This document shows positions 28,895 to 46,792 of a stretch of 64,000 nucleotides of DNA, in pieces; positions within the stretch are counted from its first letter, which is position 1, and the number at the start of each line of letters is the position of its first letter. Under the pieces are notes generated by a model. The model made no database searches and was not told the origin of the DNA. It saw only the letters and a program-made list of their open reading frames with translations. This DNA comes from Antedon mediterranea (taxonomy: Eukaryota; Animalia; Echinodermata). Both the position numbers and the translations under genes were made by a program. The stretch spans positions 10,101,812 to 10,165,811 of the forward strand of contig NC_092675.1 in the NCBI RefSeq assembly GCF_964355755.1. Reading direction: 5' to 3'.

Positions 28895-29139
28895 GTTATC
28901 ATTACGATAATTTCAGACATAATGGGCCTACACACCAGCTTGATCTTCTGTAAAGGCAGTGTGAAAAAAATTCTAGCTAGTTCAAGAAACATTATTTTAA
29001 TATACTAACTACTGTAGGCTTTATACCGCATTTTATTCCTGATTTTAATTACAAAAAACCCATTTAAAACAAAATACTATCTGATCCTCCACCAGGTACA
29101 CCCGCGCAATTTGTTGTAATACTAATACACACAGTACAC

Positions 29140-29220
29140 CACAGCGAGTCTCTATCTTCCGGCCCCTCGCTCGACTTCCGGTTGACTTTCAACAATGATG
29201 GCGATTTGACGTGATAGGCT
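29140..29220 (+). promoter_or_regulatory. Putative housekeeping-type promoter of NUDT13
   Basis: Two ETS-type CTTCCGG sites (~29156, ~29175), YY1-like ATGGCG (~29198) and TGACGT (~29207). Candidate non-coding exon donor GTAAGT at ~29347; acceptor at 29647 just before the ATG. Confidence 0.45.
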
Positions 29221-29657
29221 GATAAAATATATAAGATATAGGCTAGATCGTGTTAATTTCGGATAGCATAATAGGATTCATAGGGGATTCGAGATGAAAG
29301 GAAGTAGAGCTTATTGGCTTGAGCTAACTATTATATATAGGCTAATGTAAGTCGGCGATATTATCACTATTCTGTAGTAGTATATAATAATCCTTTTTAA
29401 AAAGTTAAGGTTCGACTTTGTTTACATTGATAGGCCTAGAAAACATTTAATTTATTTTATTAGTATATCTAATTAAGGCGCAATTTAATAAACATTATAA
29501 TAGGCCTACGTATATACAAATTGACTGCTAATACTAATTTAGAAGCACGACGAAAACTCATCCAGCTGTATCCACTAAACAATGAAAATTAATATTTTTA
29601 ATCAATTTATTTTGTTTAATCAATTAATTTGTTTCATTTTAATTTAGGAAATCAAGG

Positions 29658-34735
<5,078 letters not shown>

Positions 34736-37348
34736 TGATTAGTTCAATAATGTATCAAATGTTGAGGTTTCCAAAGTATTAAAACTATACCATTTATTAT
34801 ACTGTATTAATAATTTATGAACTTGAACAATAGTTGATACAATTGACACAACAATATAGCATGCATGGTGTCTCTGGTCATCATCTTTTTTGTTATCTTA
34901 GGATAGTTCATGTTGTTTGTGTTTAAAGCGCTTAACATTGTATTAGGCGCTATAAAACACAACCATTATTATTTAATTTCTTCAAAGTGGTCTAGAACAA
35001 TAATATTTTTTATTTGCACAATGAATCCGGTATATTAGATTGTACAGTACTGTAATGAATATCTAGAGCGAGAGAGGTAGGCAGATCTGTGGGTGGAGCA
35101 GGAGAAAATTTCATTTTTAAATTTTGTTAAGCAATATTGCTAATCAACTGATTTTTTGCTACACAATTTTAAAAATCTGTAGCAAAAAGGTTGTTTTGTA
35201 TAGCTTTTTGCTATGCTACACTGGCGAAATTATTCCCTGTGGAGTAGTGCAGCACTGGGTGTGCGTGTTCTCCGCCTTTCACAGCCAAATCATTTTGTCC
35301 ATTATTATTTGTGATTCTCATATGAAATATTTTTTTCAACCATTATTTTTGGAATATCAATGCAATTCTATTTTGAAACGGCCTATCAACTGTTTTTGTG
35401 AATTAAGTCTGTATGTAGTACATATTACATTTTGAAACAGCCTATCAATTGTTTTTTGTCTGCATTTTTTGCTATGTGTACAAACAAATGTAGAAAGTAA
35501 GGTAAGCTACTTGCAATTTATTTATACAGTACCATATAAACTTCTTTTTTTTTTATTTTCAAAAAAGATTTCCAAAAACAAACAAGCACCACAAAATACT
35601 TATTAATAACAATGGTAAAAAGATAGCAATAATGATGTAAAAAAAAATAGAATAAAGAAATTGTTCAATAAACCAAAAACCATGCAATATATTGTAAATT
35701 TGTATTTTTTAAAAGCTATATTTGTCCAGACTACTCACATAAAATTTAATTCATAAATGTAACATTTGGTTAATAAACTGCTTCTTTCAGATTTGTAATC
35801 AATTTGTTTTGTATTGTTTAATGAATTGTTTAGTACACAGTACTGTACATGATTGACAACCCACTGCTGCCTCGTAACCAGTGTACCGATATGAAGTTTC
35901 TCTAATGCTAAGAAGAAAGAGTACAGTATATGCCCATGCTAAGAAATACCACCACTAGTATGAATGCAAGCAATGATTGCCTTGCTTGTATGGACAGTTT
36001 AGTAGTTGTTGATTTGTGACATGTGAAATAACTAAATAACAATTCTTCAAATAATACAGAAAGCAGGTGTCTGGTTGAACAAACAAGTTTATTAATTCAA
36101 ACACTAATTTACACTGGTTATCATAGAGCAACAGCCTCTATGATGATTATAGATGTAATTGTTATTAATTCAAATCATGAGGAATGTAATCTCTGTCCTT
36201 TTTCTACATTACGGAAAGTTATATTTAATAATTGTACATGGCAAGTTTGTACTGTAGAGGGACGAGAAACAATTTAAAATTTCTAATATTGTATAGGAAT
36301 TATAATTTTCAAAAATAACTTGTCAAAGGTATAGTTATGCAATTTTAAATAATGTTCTGTAAAATCAATTTATAATAAATTAATAATTTTATTTTTAATG
36401 TATTATAAACTATGAAATTATTATGCATTGACTGTATTGCAACAATAAAGTACAGTATATTTATCATCATACAGTATTCCAATAAATTGATCAAATGAAC
36501 TACAGTAATAAAGAATGCATGTTTATAAAATAAAATCATACACATTATTTAATTAAGAACACTAAATATAAGAAAATAACTGAGGAAAACAAAGGAATAT
36601 ATATTAGTGATCATTTGAGAATGAAATGAATAAAAGGAGTGGTTAACGCCACAAAAGAGAAAAAAATACACTTTATATTTATATAAGTTTAATAAATTAT
36701 TGCAGTTAATTTTAATTTAAACTCATCTAAATAGTATAAATATTTGATGAATATAAATATTAAAAAAAAAAAAACATGACTGAACTTCTTTGGTTCAAAG
36801 AAAAGTAACTACAGTACTACCACTCCTGTCTGGTTTTCTGGAAAGGCTGGTATTCAGAATATTTTAAATGGTCAAAAAGAATTTTAGACCTAAAGAAATG
36901 TCTGGTTTTGGGACAGTTTCCAGTATCTCGAGATTTGACTGTACTACATACAAGTAACCATGCATTTCAGAAGCTTTAGGCCACGAGAAATAGTCAGTCT
37001 TGTCAGCCACCTGTTCGAAATTTTAGCACCCCCATCAAATAGATTTGGTTTTTTTTCCCAAGAAATAAATACCGAGCAGATTGATGGTGACAAAAATAAA
37101 ACAATCTTTTGTCCCTGTATTTCACAAAACATGGAATCTAATCGGTGATGATAAAGGTATAGGCCAAATAAAAAGCTACCACCACATGGTGAAAGATGAA
37201 ATTATATCCAAATCATGCATTAACATTTTGAGAAGTGCTGCTGACAAGAACAATATTGTAACATATTTCCCTTGGCCGTATGGTTTAAAAAAAAGTAGAT
37301 GAACCATTAAGGTACTATTATAGCCTCTGCAATTAAAGCTTAATAACT

Positions 37349-40300
37349 TTAGGAAAGTATAAGATTAAAAATTTGCATTTCATCCGAATTATTACCCTCA
37401 ACTTCAAGAACTTGAATAATTTGTTGCGAGTCATCCTGTGAAGTTTCTAAACTAGCTTGACTGGCTTGTTGCAAACCCTCTACAACTGTTTTCAAAAGTG
37501 AATTATCATCCAGTTCTTTATCAACACTATTTTCAATAGATGTGCTTGTTGGATTCTTTTTATGTAACAACAGATGCTTCTTTAAGTGCATCAACTGTGA
37601 AAATTGTTTATTGCAAATGTCACAGGAGTACGGTTTTTCACCTGTGTGAGTTCTCTCATGGTATTTTAGGTGCCAACGAGTAGAGAACTTGCGATCGCAA
37701 AAGCTGCAACTCAATGGTTGTGTTCCTTCATGCTTTTTCATGTGCCTGTTGAGATCAGCCTTACGGGCATACTTTTTTTTACAAATCTTACACACGTGAG
37801 GAGTATTACCAGTGTGCATGTTAAGATGAGCTTCCATATCAAATTTTTTAGAAAACATCTTTCCACAAACATCACACATGTGAGGTCGTGCTCCAGTGTG
37901 CGATTGTAAATGTACCTTTAGTGGAAAGCTATAAGCAAATGACTTTCCACATACCTCACATCTAAATGGCCTTTTCCCAGAATGAGTTTTGTTATGACGT
38001 TTTAGATCATCTGCACGACGAAAACTCTTGCTACATTCTAAACACCGGAAACATTTTTTATCTATGTGCAATAGTTGATGGCGTTTTAGCAACGTGCTTG
38101 TCTTAAACACTTTATGACACTGATTGCAATTGTATTTTTGATTGACAGTTGTTTTGCTTTTTCCTTTTTTATGAAATTGTTGATGCTGAAGAACATGAAC
38201 TTGTGACGCAAACTTGCGGCCACATTGATCACACAAATATTCATTTGATTTTGACCGCGTGCGTATGTCTTTTGTTTGAAGTTCATTGTGGGTTTCACTT
38301 TTATCTAAAGATAAATCTTTTTTTTCTTCTTGCAATGTTCCTGGTAATATTTTTATAGATTGCTCATCTTGGATAGAATCTGTATTAGTTTTTTTTGCTT
38401 CTGTCTCTAAATGTTGGTCATCATTTGAACTTCCATTAATTACAGATCGGTCTAGAATCATTTTCAATTCACTTTCTATGACGTCATTTAAATCATTCGT
38501 AGAACTATTAGTATTACTTAATTCTGTACAATCAATTTTGTTCACACTTAAGGAAGTGGCAATGTCGCTCTGCTCAAATTCAATTATGCTGTGTTTTGTA
38601 ATATTGTGGTTTCTAAGCAAAGATTTGAAAGGAAATATTTTCTTACATGTTTTGCATTCAAATGTCTCTTTTACAACTTTTCTTGGCCTTCCACGTTTTT
38701 TAGGTGGTGCCTGTTTTATCTTACTGTCAGAGCTTCTTTCATGGATTTCTATTTCTTCTTGATCTAACATGTCATTATTTATCTTTCTTGGTCTACCTCT
38801 CTTCATATTCGACAACTGTTTTTTTACAGATGGTAGTGATGTTGTTCTTAAATTTTCTTCAGGCCTTTCCTGAACTTTAATATATTTCTCAACAACCTCA
38901 TCAGCAGTGGATTCATCTCCGTCTGTTCGAAATCTTTTTGGTAATCGAATTGACCTTCGACTTCTGGTAGTGGAGTTTATTGGCAATTTGTCTTCGGTCT
39001 TCGAACTTTCTTCAAAACCATCTTTAATTTCTTTGGATTGCAATAAAGGCTCTGCGATTGATTTACTATTTTTCATATTGTTTGATTGAATGTCTTCTTC
39101 ATATGCATTATCTTCACTTTTATTTTCATTTGATAAATTATTGTTTTCTTTGAAAATATCCACTATTTCTTGAATCTCATCACATGGCTTTGTTTCCATG
39201 ATAAGCCTGGATGTTTTGATACATGCATGTTTAACTGGTTTGGTTTTAATTCGTTTTGCATGTGTTTCCATATGTCGTACTAAATGAAAAGGTCTCCGAA
39301 ACCCAACGCCACAAAGCGTGCAAATAAATGGACGTTTACTTTTACTTTCCTTTATGTTTTTACTTCCTTCGTGTTGTTCTTCATGTCTTTCAAAACTTGT
39401 TCTATACTTGAATTCCGAGTTACAATATCCACAAACATAGATCAAGCGTGAAAGAATAACTTGCACCTTATGTCCTTCTTCATCATAGGCAATAACCTTC
39501 TTTGTCTGAGGTGGTGGTTGGTTCTTCTTGTTTGTTTCTAGATCATTAGTATCTGTATTTAATGATTCTTTTTCTGTAAGAAGATCAATGTCATTCACTT
39601 TGTCTTCACCATTTGACTGATTATCTGCTTGTGCATCATCATCACAAATTGCAGATGACATCTCAAGTAAAGCATCTTTTAGATTATCCTTGTCATCTGA
39701 ATTTTTCTCTTGGACCCTTTCAGTGCATAGGTTTTTGTGCTCTTTCAGCTTCTCCACTGAACTATAAGCATGATAACAATTAACACAGACAAAAATAGAA
39801 CTGTCTGTTGTTAAAACTTGTGCTCGTTGCTCAATCTCAGCTTTCAGATCTTCAAATTCCTCATCAAAATGGAAAGCAGCATGCGAAGTCACATGCTTTA
39901 TGAAGCTGGTTTTGTATTTAAATATCCTATCGCAATATTTACAGTTGATGGAATCAGAAACAGGAGAGTCACCGCTACAATTAGGTTGAACTTCTTTGTG
40001 TATTAGCAGTTCTTCTTCACCAGCAAACTTTTGTTTACAACCACTACACTTTGATGTGGTTATCACCGGCATACTTTTTTCCTGGATTTCTTGTTTCTCC
40101 TTTAAGCTATCTATTCCGACCTGACCTGCAAATGCCATCAAATACTCTAAAGCATCATCTACATTGCCAACCACATCATCTGTGTTTGATTCAATACTAC
40201 CAACAGCGGCTAGAGATTCAGATGTGTCCATTTCTTTTGAATGTTTAATATGGGTACGTTCATGACGTGTCACTTCATCTTTGTGCATATATTTTCGACC

Positions 40301-43300
40301 ACAGTACTGACAGCTATATGTTTCAGAAGCATGTGTTATTTCATGGCGATCTAGATGACATTTCTGCATAAATTCTTTATAACATAGCTGGCATTGATAT
40401 GGCTTCACACCAGTATGACGGCGTTCATGATAATTGTAATGCCACTTTGTAATAAAACGTTTTCCGCAATATCTACATTCAAAAGGCTTGTTACCTGTGT
40501 GGGATAACACATGTCTTCGTAAGTCACTATTTCTAGCATAAGTTTTACCGCAATGCTCACAGATGAATTTTTTCTGTCCTGTGTGCTGCCATTTGTGGGT
40601 CTCCCAGTCCCACTTCTTGGTGAACTTCTTTCCACAAACGTCACAACTGAATGGTTTGTCTTCTTGTTTGACATGAGTAGCAATATGAGACTGCAGACTT
40701 ACTTTACTTGAATAGTCCTTTCCACATTGCTGACATGTAAACATACCCTTTCCAGAGTGTATGCGTTGATGAACCGTCAATGATCGTTTCCAAGCAAATT
40801 TTTTATCGCATTCTTTGCATTGGTAGGGTTTTTCTAATACCGGTTCATGGGAAACATCTTTACACTCCACATTTTCTTTGAAGCCTTCATCAGGTTGATG
40901 AAAGACTTGAGTCGAATGAACAGTATTTTGATCTGAAATATGATCACCTTTTTGATCAATAAATACGGAATCCTCCTGTGCTCCTTGCAGATTGTCAATT
41001 GTCTCCATATTTTTTTCTTCATTTTGTTGCATGATAACAATTAAGGTTCCCTGAAAGCCATCAGCAACACCACTCATGTCAACTGTGTCCGCCGAGCCAC
41101 CCTCAAGAACAATAACCTTAAAAATTAAATAGATACTGTAGAATAAAATAGATCAAATAAAAGATACATGTTTAAATGATAAGATGTTGCAAATAGCCAG
41201 GCCCATGGTACATGCATGATGGTTGATGGCATTGCTCAACATAATTGTTTTTATCATAAGTGAAATTGATTAGGAAATAATGAAGATTACAAGATCATTG
41301 TTAAATGTATTATTCTTGATCCTTAAGCTTAACTGGAAGCTGAGGAAATTCACATTATATCCCATCCAAAAGGACGAGGCAATGAGAGTAAAACATCTTG
41401 CTCGAACCCATGCCCATCACATGCTAGTCGCATGTTATCATTACACTCTCTGGTATAAACAGCACCAGCCGCTATTCCCTAACATTGCTTAAAGATGTAT
41501 TGTCCCTTGAAACACAAAAAAAAAATATAATATATTTAAATTAGCCATATCCAAGTAATATTAAAGTTATTCACTTTAAGTTGAAAAATCGAGCCAAAAA
41601 CAACAAGTTTACGTAATTAACAGGTAAATTAATTAGATTACATTTCGTCTGGGAAATCGTCGCAAGCGAAAGTAAACAAAGATTTCAAACCATGAGTATG
41701 CATTATGCATGATGCTAATTAGGATTGTTTACAACTCGTCACGGTTGAGAAGGTGTTTTCACACAGATCGCGAAGAAGTTTTATGATTATGCATACAGAG
41801 TAGCCAAACAAGCGCGTTGCATTATGAGATATGTTTTGATTGAAAACTTTGACTGGAAGTCAAAGTTATTTTTTGAACAAAAAAACATCTGTATTTCGGT
41901 TAAATTATTTTTTTTTTCTACTAATTTTTGGTGAAAGTTAATAGCTACTGTATTATGATACTTCAAAATGACCCCCTTTTTTTCAAAATATAACAAAAAT
42001 TTTTTTTTGGGAATTAGTCAAAGGGACAATACATCTTTAACTTCAGTGATCTGACAGGAACCAGCGTTTCAACACAGTATTTTAAAATAAATACCTGTGA
42101 ATGTTCATCACCATTATTTGCTGCACCTGCTTGCTGAAGTGCAGCAGCAATCTCATCTTCAACATATACAACAGCTTGGTTGTGGTCAACTTCAATATGT
42201 TGTCCTGCTATACCTTCTCCAGTCATACCTGAAATATACAGTGATGACAATTAACAACATCAATAAATCAGGCCGATCTTGACTAAATCGAGACCGATTT
42301 TGATCATTTTCTTTAAAAATCGCTGACTAAATGGTATTTAAATGAGGTTTATAAAAAATGTAACAGTTTATTGAGTTGTTATATTGGCCAGATATTGAAG
42401 AATGAAATATCTATTTTTATATTAGCTCAATTAAATATACATTGGTATATCTTATAATACAGTAATGCAAATCACGTTCATTTAAACCGTATACAAATTA
42501 CATTATTTTCTTCGTGTCAAGTCAGACTTGAACTAAAATGAACTGGAATGGAAGATGCGGAAATTCACCACGCGATGGAATGTTTAGGAGGCCTATGAAG
42601 AATGTGGTTCGTCGCAATAATACTTAAAAAATACCTATAAAATATGAAAGATATCGTACCGCCACTTTTGAAGTTTTTGTTTGTTGTTATTTAATCAAAA
42701 TTACTTCACTGTTAAATTAATAATGATCTTGTTCCAATAATAAACGATTAAAATTATTTTTTATGTATAGTCCTGATGCGTAAAAAGTTTTGTTGCTCCT
42801 CAAAAACTCTCTTATCATTGGGCAATGTATAGCCTTTGTTACCCAGACGTGTGAAACTCGACTAAAAGCTCGACTTTGAACTGCAGATTTGACTACTTCT
42901 TTATGAATCGAATTTGAAGAAATATCTTGAACTAGCACTTTTTAAAGTCAAAGTTTGAACTACTTTTGCTTGCTTTTCCACAAATAAATAAAATGTCAAT
43001 CTTTTTTATTTTAAATTATTAAAAATTATAAAACCAAACTTTAAATTTATGTTTATATAGTATAAAGATTTACCTTCCCCTATACTCTGAAGAACTTCAG
43101 CAGCCCGTTGGTGAGATAAATAATCAACATCATCAACCTGGTGCATTATTTTCATGGACTCATCACGTAAATGAGCTGGTAAGTTTTCTAACAGCATCTC
43201 AGCATTTTGATCGTTGTTTGACAGATGTAAAATTTGTTGTTGTCCATCAACGTCGGTCAACACCACCATAGAACTTGAACTATCATCAGCAGGTGCAACT

Positions 43301-43335
43301 GTTCCGCTGTCCACGACGTGAATGTCCTCTTCCAT
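37349..43335 (-). CDS. Multi-C2H2 zinc-finger protein (~21 fingers) with two AT-hooks, ~1387 aa, 3 coding exons
   Basis: Exons 43335-43074, 42228-42095 and 41116-37349 join in frame. N-terminal cluster of 7 fingers, scattered central fingers (two C2HC-like), C-terminal cluster of 8 fingers with TGEKP-type linkers, two KRGRPRK motifs, acidic N-terminus. Confidence 0.93.
41493..42036. mobile_element. TTAA-family (Kolobok-like) MITE in a ZNF intron
   Basis: TTAA|AGATGTATTGTCCCTT ... AAGGGACAATACATCT|TTAA: perfect TIR and TTAA TSD. Confidence 0.88.
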
Positions 43336-43622
43336 TTTCTAACACAATTTTTTAACACTGTCACTGTATGTATATAAATAAATTCGTCATCATATTTTTC
43401 TCACCATTGTCTAGTTTGGGGGACGTTTTATTCAGGTTTTAAATTAAGGTGCAGGCAGACAGATTTTCTAAGATACCGTACCTTTTTAGCGCCTGTCACG
43501 CCACAGAACGAGCTGTATGCCTGCTACTGTAATAAAATAAAACACAGCAATTTGAATACAAATTTACAGAAAAGGTTGACAAAAGTTTGATCCAAAAAAC
43601 ATTGAAAAAGGGTCAGACCAAC

Positions 43623-44303
43623 TTTTTAGTCGCGTGGACGTGACTCTATAGTTCACTATGTCGGTCGGTCTGTCTGTCAGTCCGGTATCACTATCCGTTT
43701 TATCGCTTTCTGACCTTATCTTGATATCAGTTTAATCTAGCTAAGTCAATTTTTCACAGTATATTCCTTATGGTCAGGAATCGATGTGGTTATGTTTTCA
43801 GGGTGCGCAATAAAAAATTACGCGGTCTACGCACGATTTAACGAAATCACGTTTGTAATCATATCTTCACAACCATGAATCCCAATTAAATAAAATTTGG
43901 TACTCATAAATTTGAGGCCATAAATCATCATATGGCAATACAATTACGTGCGTAGCGCATGTAGACGCGCGCTTAAAATTGTCAAAGTTTATTTTCGATG
44001 AAATAAGAGTACGTTTCAGGCAATTTTAAGCGTTTACAAAATTGCCATTAGTGCGCAGATTTTTGCGCGCAGTTATTGCGCACTCTTTTTGCCCGATTTC
44101 TGTTTTCTTGACTTACTTTTCCACTCGAAATTACGTTATACGAGCATGTCAAAAGTGACAGGCTACGCACATGTAAATTAAAAAAATATAAATGTTTTTA
44201 AACATATCAACATTTTAAAACATGTTCAGCAATTTCGGTCAGTTGGTAGGTCGGTCGGTAAACACTAATGAGCATGTGACTGCAGCCATCTATATGGCCT
44301 TGT
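43623..44303 (+). mobile_element. Helentron/DINE-like element, copy 2
   Basis: Highly similar to 8004-8790 over ~620 bp, but with a different 3' end (GCCATCTATATGGC hairpin). Confidence 0.8.
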
Positions 44304-44339
44304 TTAAAGAAGCACTCTCTTAGACTTAGTCTTATTATT

Positions 44340-45730
44340 AGACTACTAGCCCTATTAGATAGAAGATCTTTTAGCCTAGTAGGCCTCCTACCTAGCCTAC
44401 TAACTAGGCTATTAATTATGGCTAGCCTGGGTTTTGTGCTAGTCTAGACTATATAGGCCTAGCCTACTCGCTAGCTAGGCCTTTATTTAGTTAGTAATAG
44501 TAGGCCTAGGCTCTACAGGCCGGGCCTAGCTAGGCTAGTAGTAGTAGCTAGTAGTACAGTACAGACAGTAGTGTGTCACTGTGTGTCAGTGCCTAGCTAG
44601 CCTAGGCCTAGGCCTCCCTAGGCCTAGGCCTAGGCCTCCCTAGCTAGGCCTAGGCCTAGGCCTATAGCCTAGCTAGGCTAGGTAGAAAAAAATAAATTAT
44701 GTTTAAAATCTACTTATTAGAACTTGACATAACGTTCCAAAAAATCCTACCAGTACAAATTGAGCTTTTTATTATAAAAAATATTATACTTAGGAACTAG
44801 TATTATTTTTTATGAATTTAGACTAGTAAAAATATAAATTGGGCTTAAATTGAAAAGAAACCCGCCATCATAAAGCGCAAAACCTATGTAAAATCGCATC
44901 CATCAAGAGATCAATGGATTTGATAAAACATTATTTATAAAATAATGAATATTTATTTTTTAAATGTTTTGATTATTTAGCAATACTTTAAATATATAGT
45001 CAATTTAATTATATTTTTTATAGTTAAAATTATTTTTGATTATTTAACAAAACATAATATATTAAAAATTAAAGCAGAATTGGTGGCGGCTGATACACAT
45101 ATCGTATCCGATCCCGATATAATACCCTCGCAGGAGAGAGCTAGGCTCTCACGAACTAAAATACGTGAGGCTTAGAGCCGGAGCGGAGTAGGTCTAGGCC
45201 TAGGCAAAGAATATGGTCTTGGTTGCTGCAAGGTCAATCTTCGACATGTTAACTGCGTGCGAGACCGGAAAGGAACCGATGTTTGTTGACTGAGCAAACA
45301 TTGAGTGACTACCCTAAGGCTAGGAGTAGGTAGGTCTGTAATATAATATTAATAAGCCTTTTATTGTAGAAAAGAAGGAATAGCTAAATCTAGGCCTAGC
45401 CTCTACTATACTCTAGGCCTAGAACTCCTCTTACTTAGTTACTTAGGCCTAGCCCTCCTGGTCTATTACTATATTAGTATTAATTATTATGCTAGGCTAG
45501 CCGCTAGTAGTAGTGTAGTAGGCTACTACTAGTTGGCCTACTAGCCTATAGGCCTACTACTGCTGGATTCCCCTACTACTACTCTGTAGCACTACTACTC
45601 TGTAGCACTTCTACTGTGTAGGGTAGCTAGGCGGCCCTCTAGGTAGGAAAAATTATTCAGTAAATTTTTATATGGCATGATGAGGTGTCCTGAAACCCCC
45701 TGAAAATGCTAGGCCTTAGTAGGCCTATAA
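44340..45730. promoter_or_regulatory. Putative bidirectional promoter region flanked by TAGGCCTA/TAGCTA-rich tracts
   Basis: Lies between the divergent ZNF gene and ZNF pseudogene. YY1-like CGCCATC (~44863), ETS-like ACCGGAA (~45264), dense CTAGGC repeats at 44340-44690 and 45190-45730. Confidence 0.45.
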
Positions 45731-46792
45731 GTATATATGTTATTTCTGTTGGTTACACTTGTCACTTCCCTGCACCAGTCAGGGGAAAAATGACAAAAGG
45801 TTTCCTACTTTCTAGGATTTTTATCAAATAATCTAATCTACTGTAGGTCTGTAATAATTGTTTTGACCACAGCACAGTGCTGATTTTGCCATTTTCCCTC
45901 TAACTGGCACAGTATTATTGTTTGTGTTATCGATCGAAGGTGTTTCATGAAAATGGTGTATTCACAATCTGTTAAGTTTATAAAAATGGCGCTATCAATC
46001 AGAGAAATAAGGCCTATTATAAATAGCTAAGGCCTGATTGTTTAGGCCAAATAAAAAAATCTACGTGTCAAGCGTCAACCCCCGAATAAATGTTAGTAGA
46101 GGGAGGGTTGTGATTTTTAGGCTAATGGAAAATCTTGCATTAAAATGAAAAAAAAAAAATATTTATTGAATTAATAAGTAATTCTTATTTGAATGCTAAT
46201 TTCTTTTTTTACCATTTTACAGGTTCTTCTCTTCAATTTAAATAATAGAGAAATGATGCTGCAACCATTAGGTCTTGCAAGTATAAATGATCCTTCTGAA
46301 GTTACTTCCAAAGTAATCAATGAATCTAGTGCAGCTGCAGTTAATGTGGCCACTGCAGAAGAGAAAGTCATTGCTATTGATGACAGTGTGATTAAAGTAA
46401 ACACCAGTATAGAAAAACAAAATGATACAACTCTTGTACTTCCAGATGAGGAAAGAGACACAAACTATCATCTTACAATTGATGAACAGAAGATTTAAGG
46501 AAAATGATGGTCCTTTTATGTACTAATTGTAACCTAGTATTCACACTCAGAAAGAAAAATATTTCATGATCACTTTCACAAATGTTTAGACGCTGCTGTT
46601 GAATTAGATGATAAAGATGTTGAAGAATGTGGAAACGTTTGGGTTGAAAGTGATAAAAGTCTAAAAATACATTCTGAAAATCATTTGATCAGGAAAGAAA
46701 AAGAGGAAATCAATCAGAAATTTGAATGTAAGGAATGTAAATAGATATTTCATCATAAATGGTCATGCGACAACCACTCCTGTCATACTAAA

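Noticed and set aside
37670-40248. Plus-strand ORFs (up to 158 aa) overlapping the ZNF exon
   Set aside because: Antisense shadows of the long ZNF coding exon; no recognisable domains.
41330-41470. Possible SINE fragment on the minus strand (GGGTTCGAGC...CATTGCCTC)
   Set aside because: Too short and degenerate to delimit or classify without a search.
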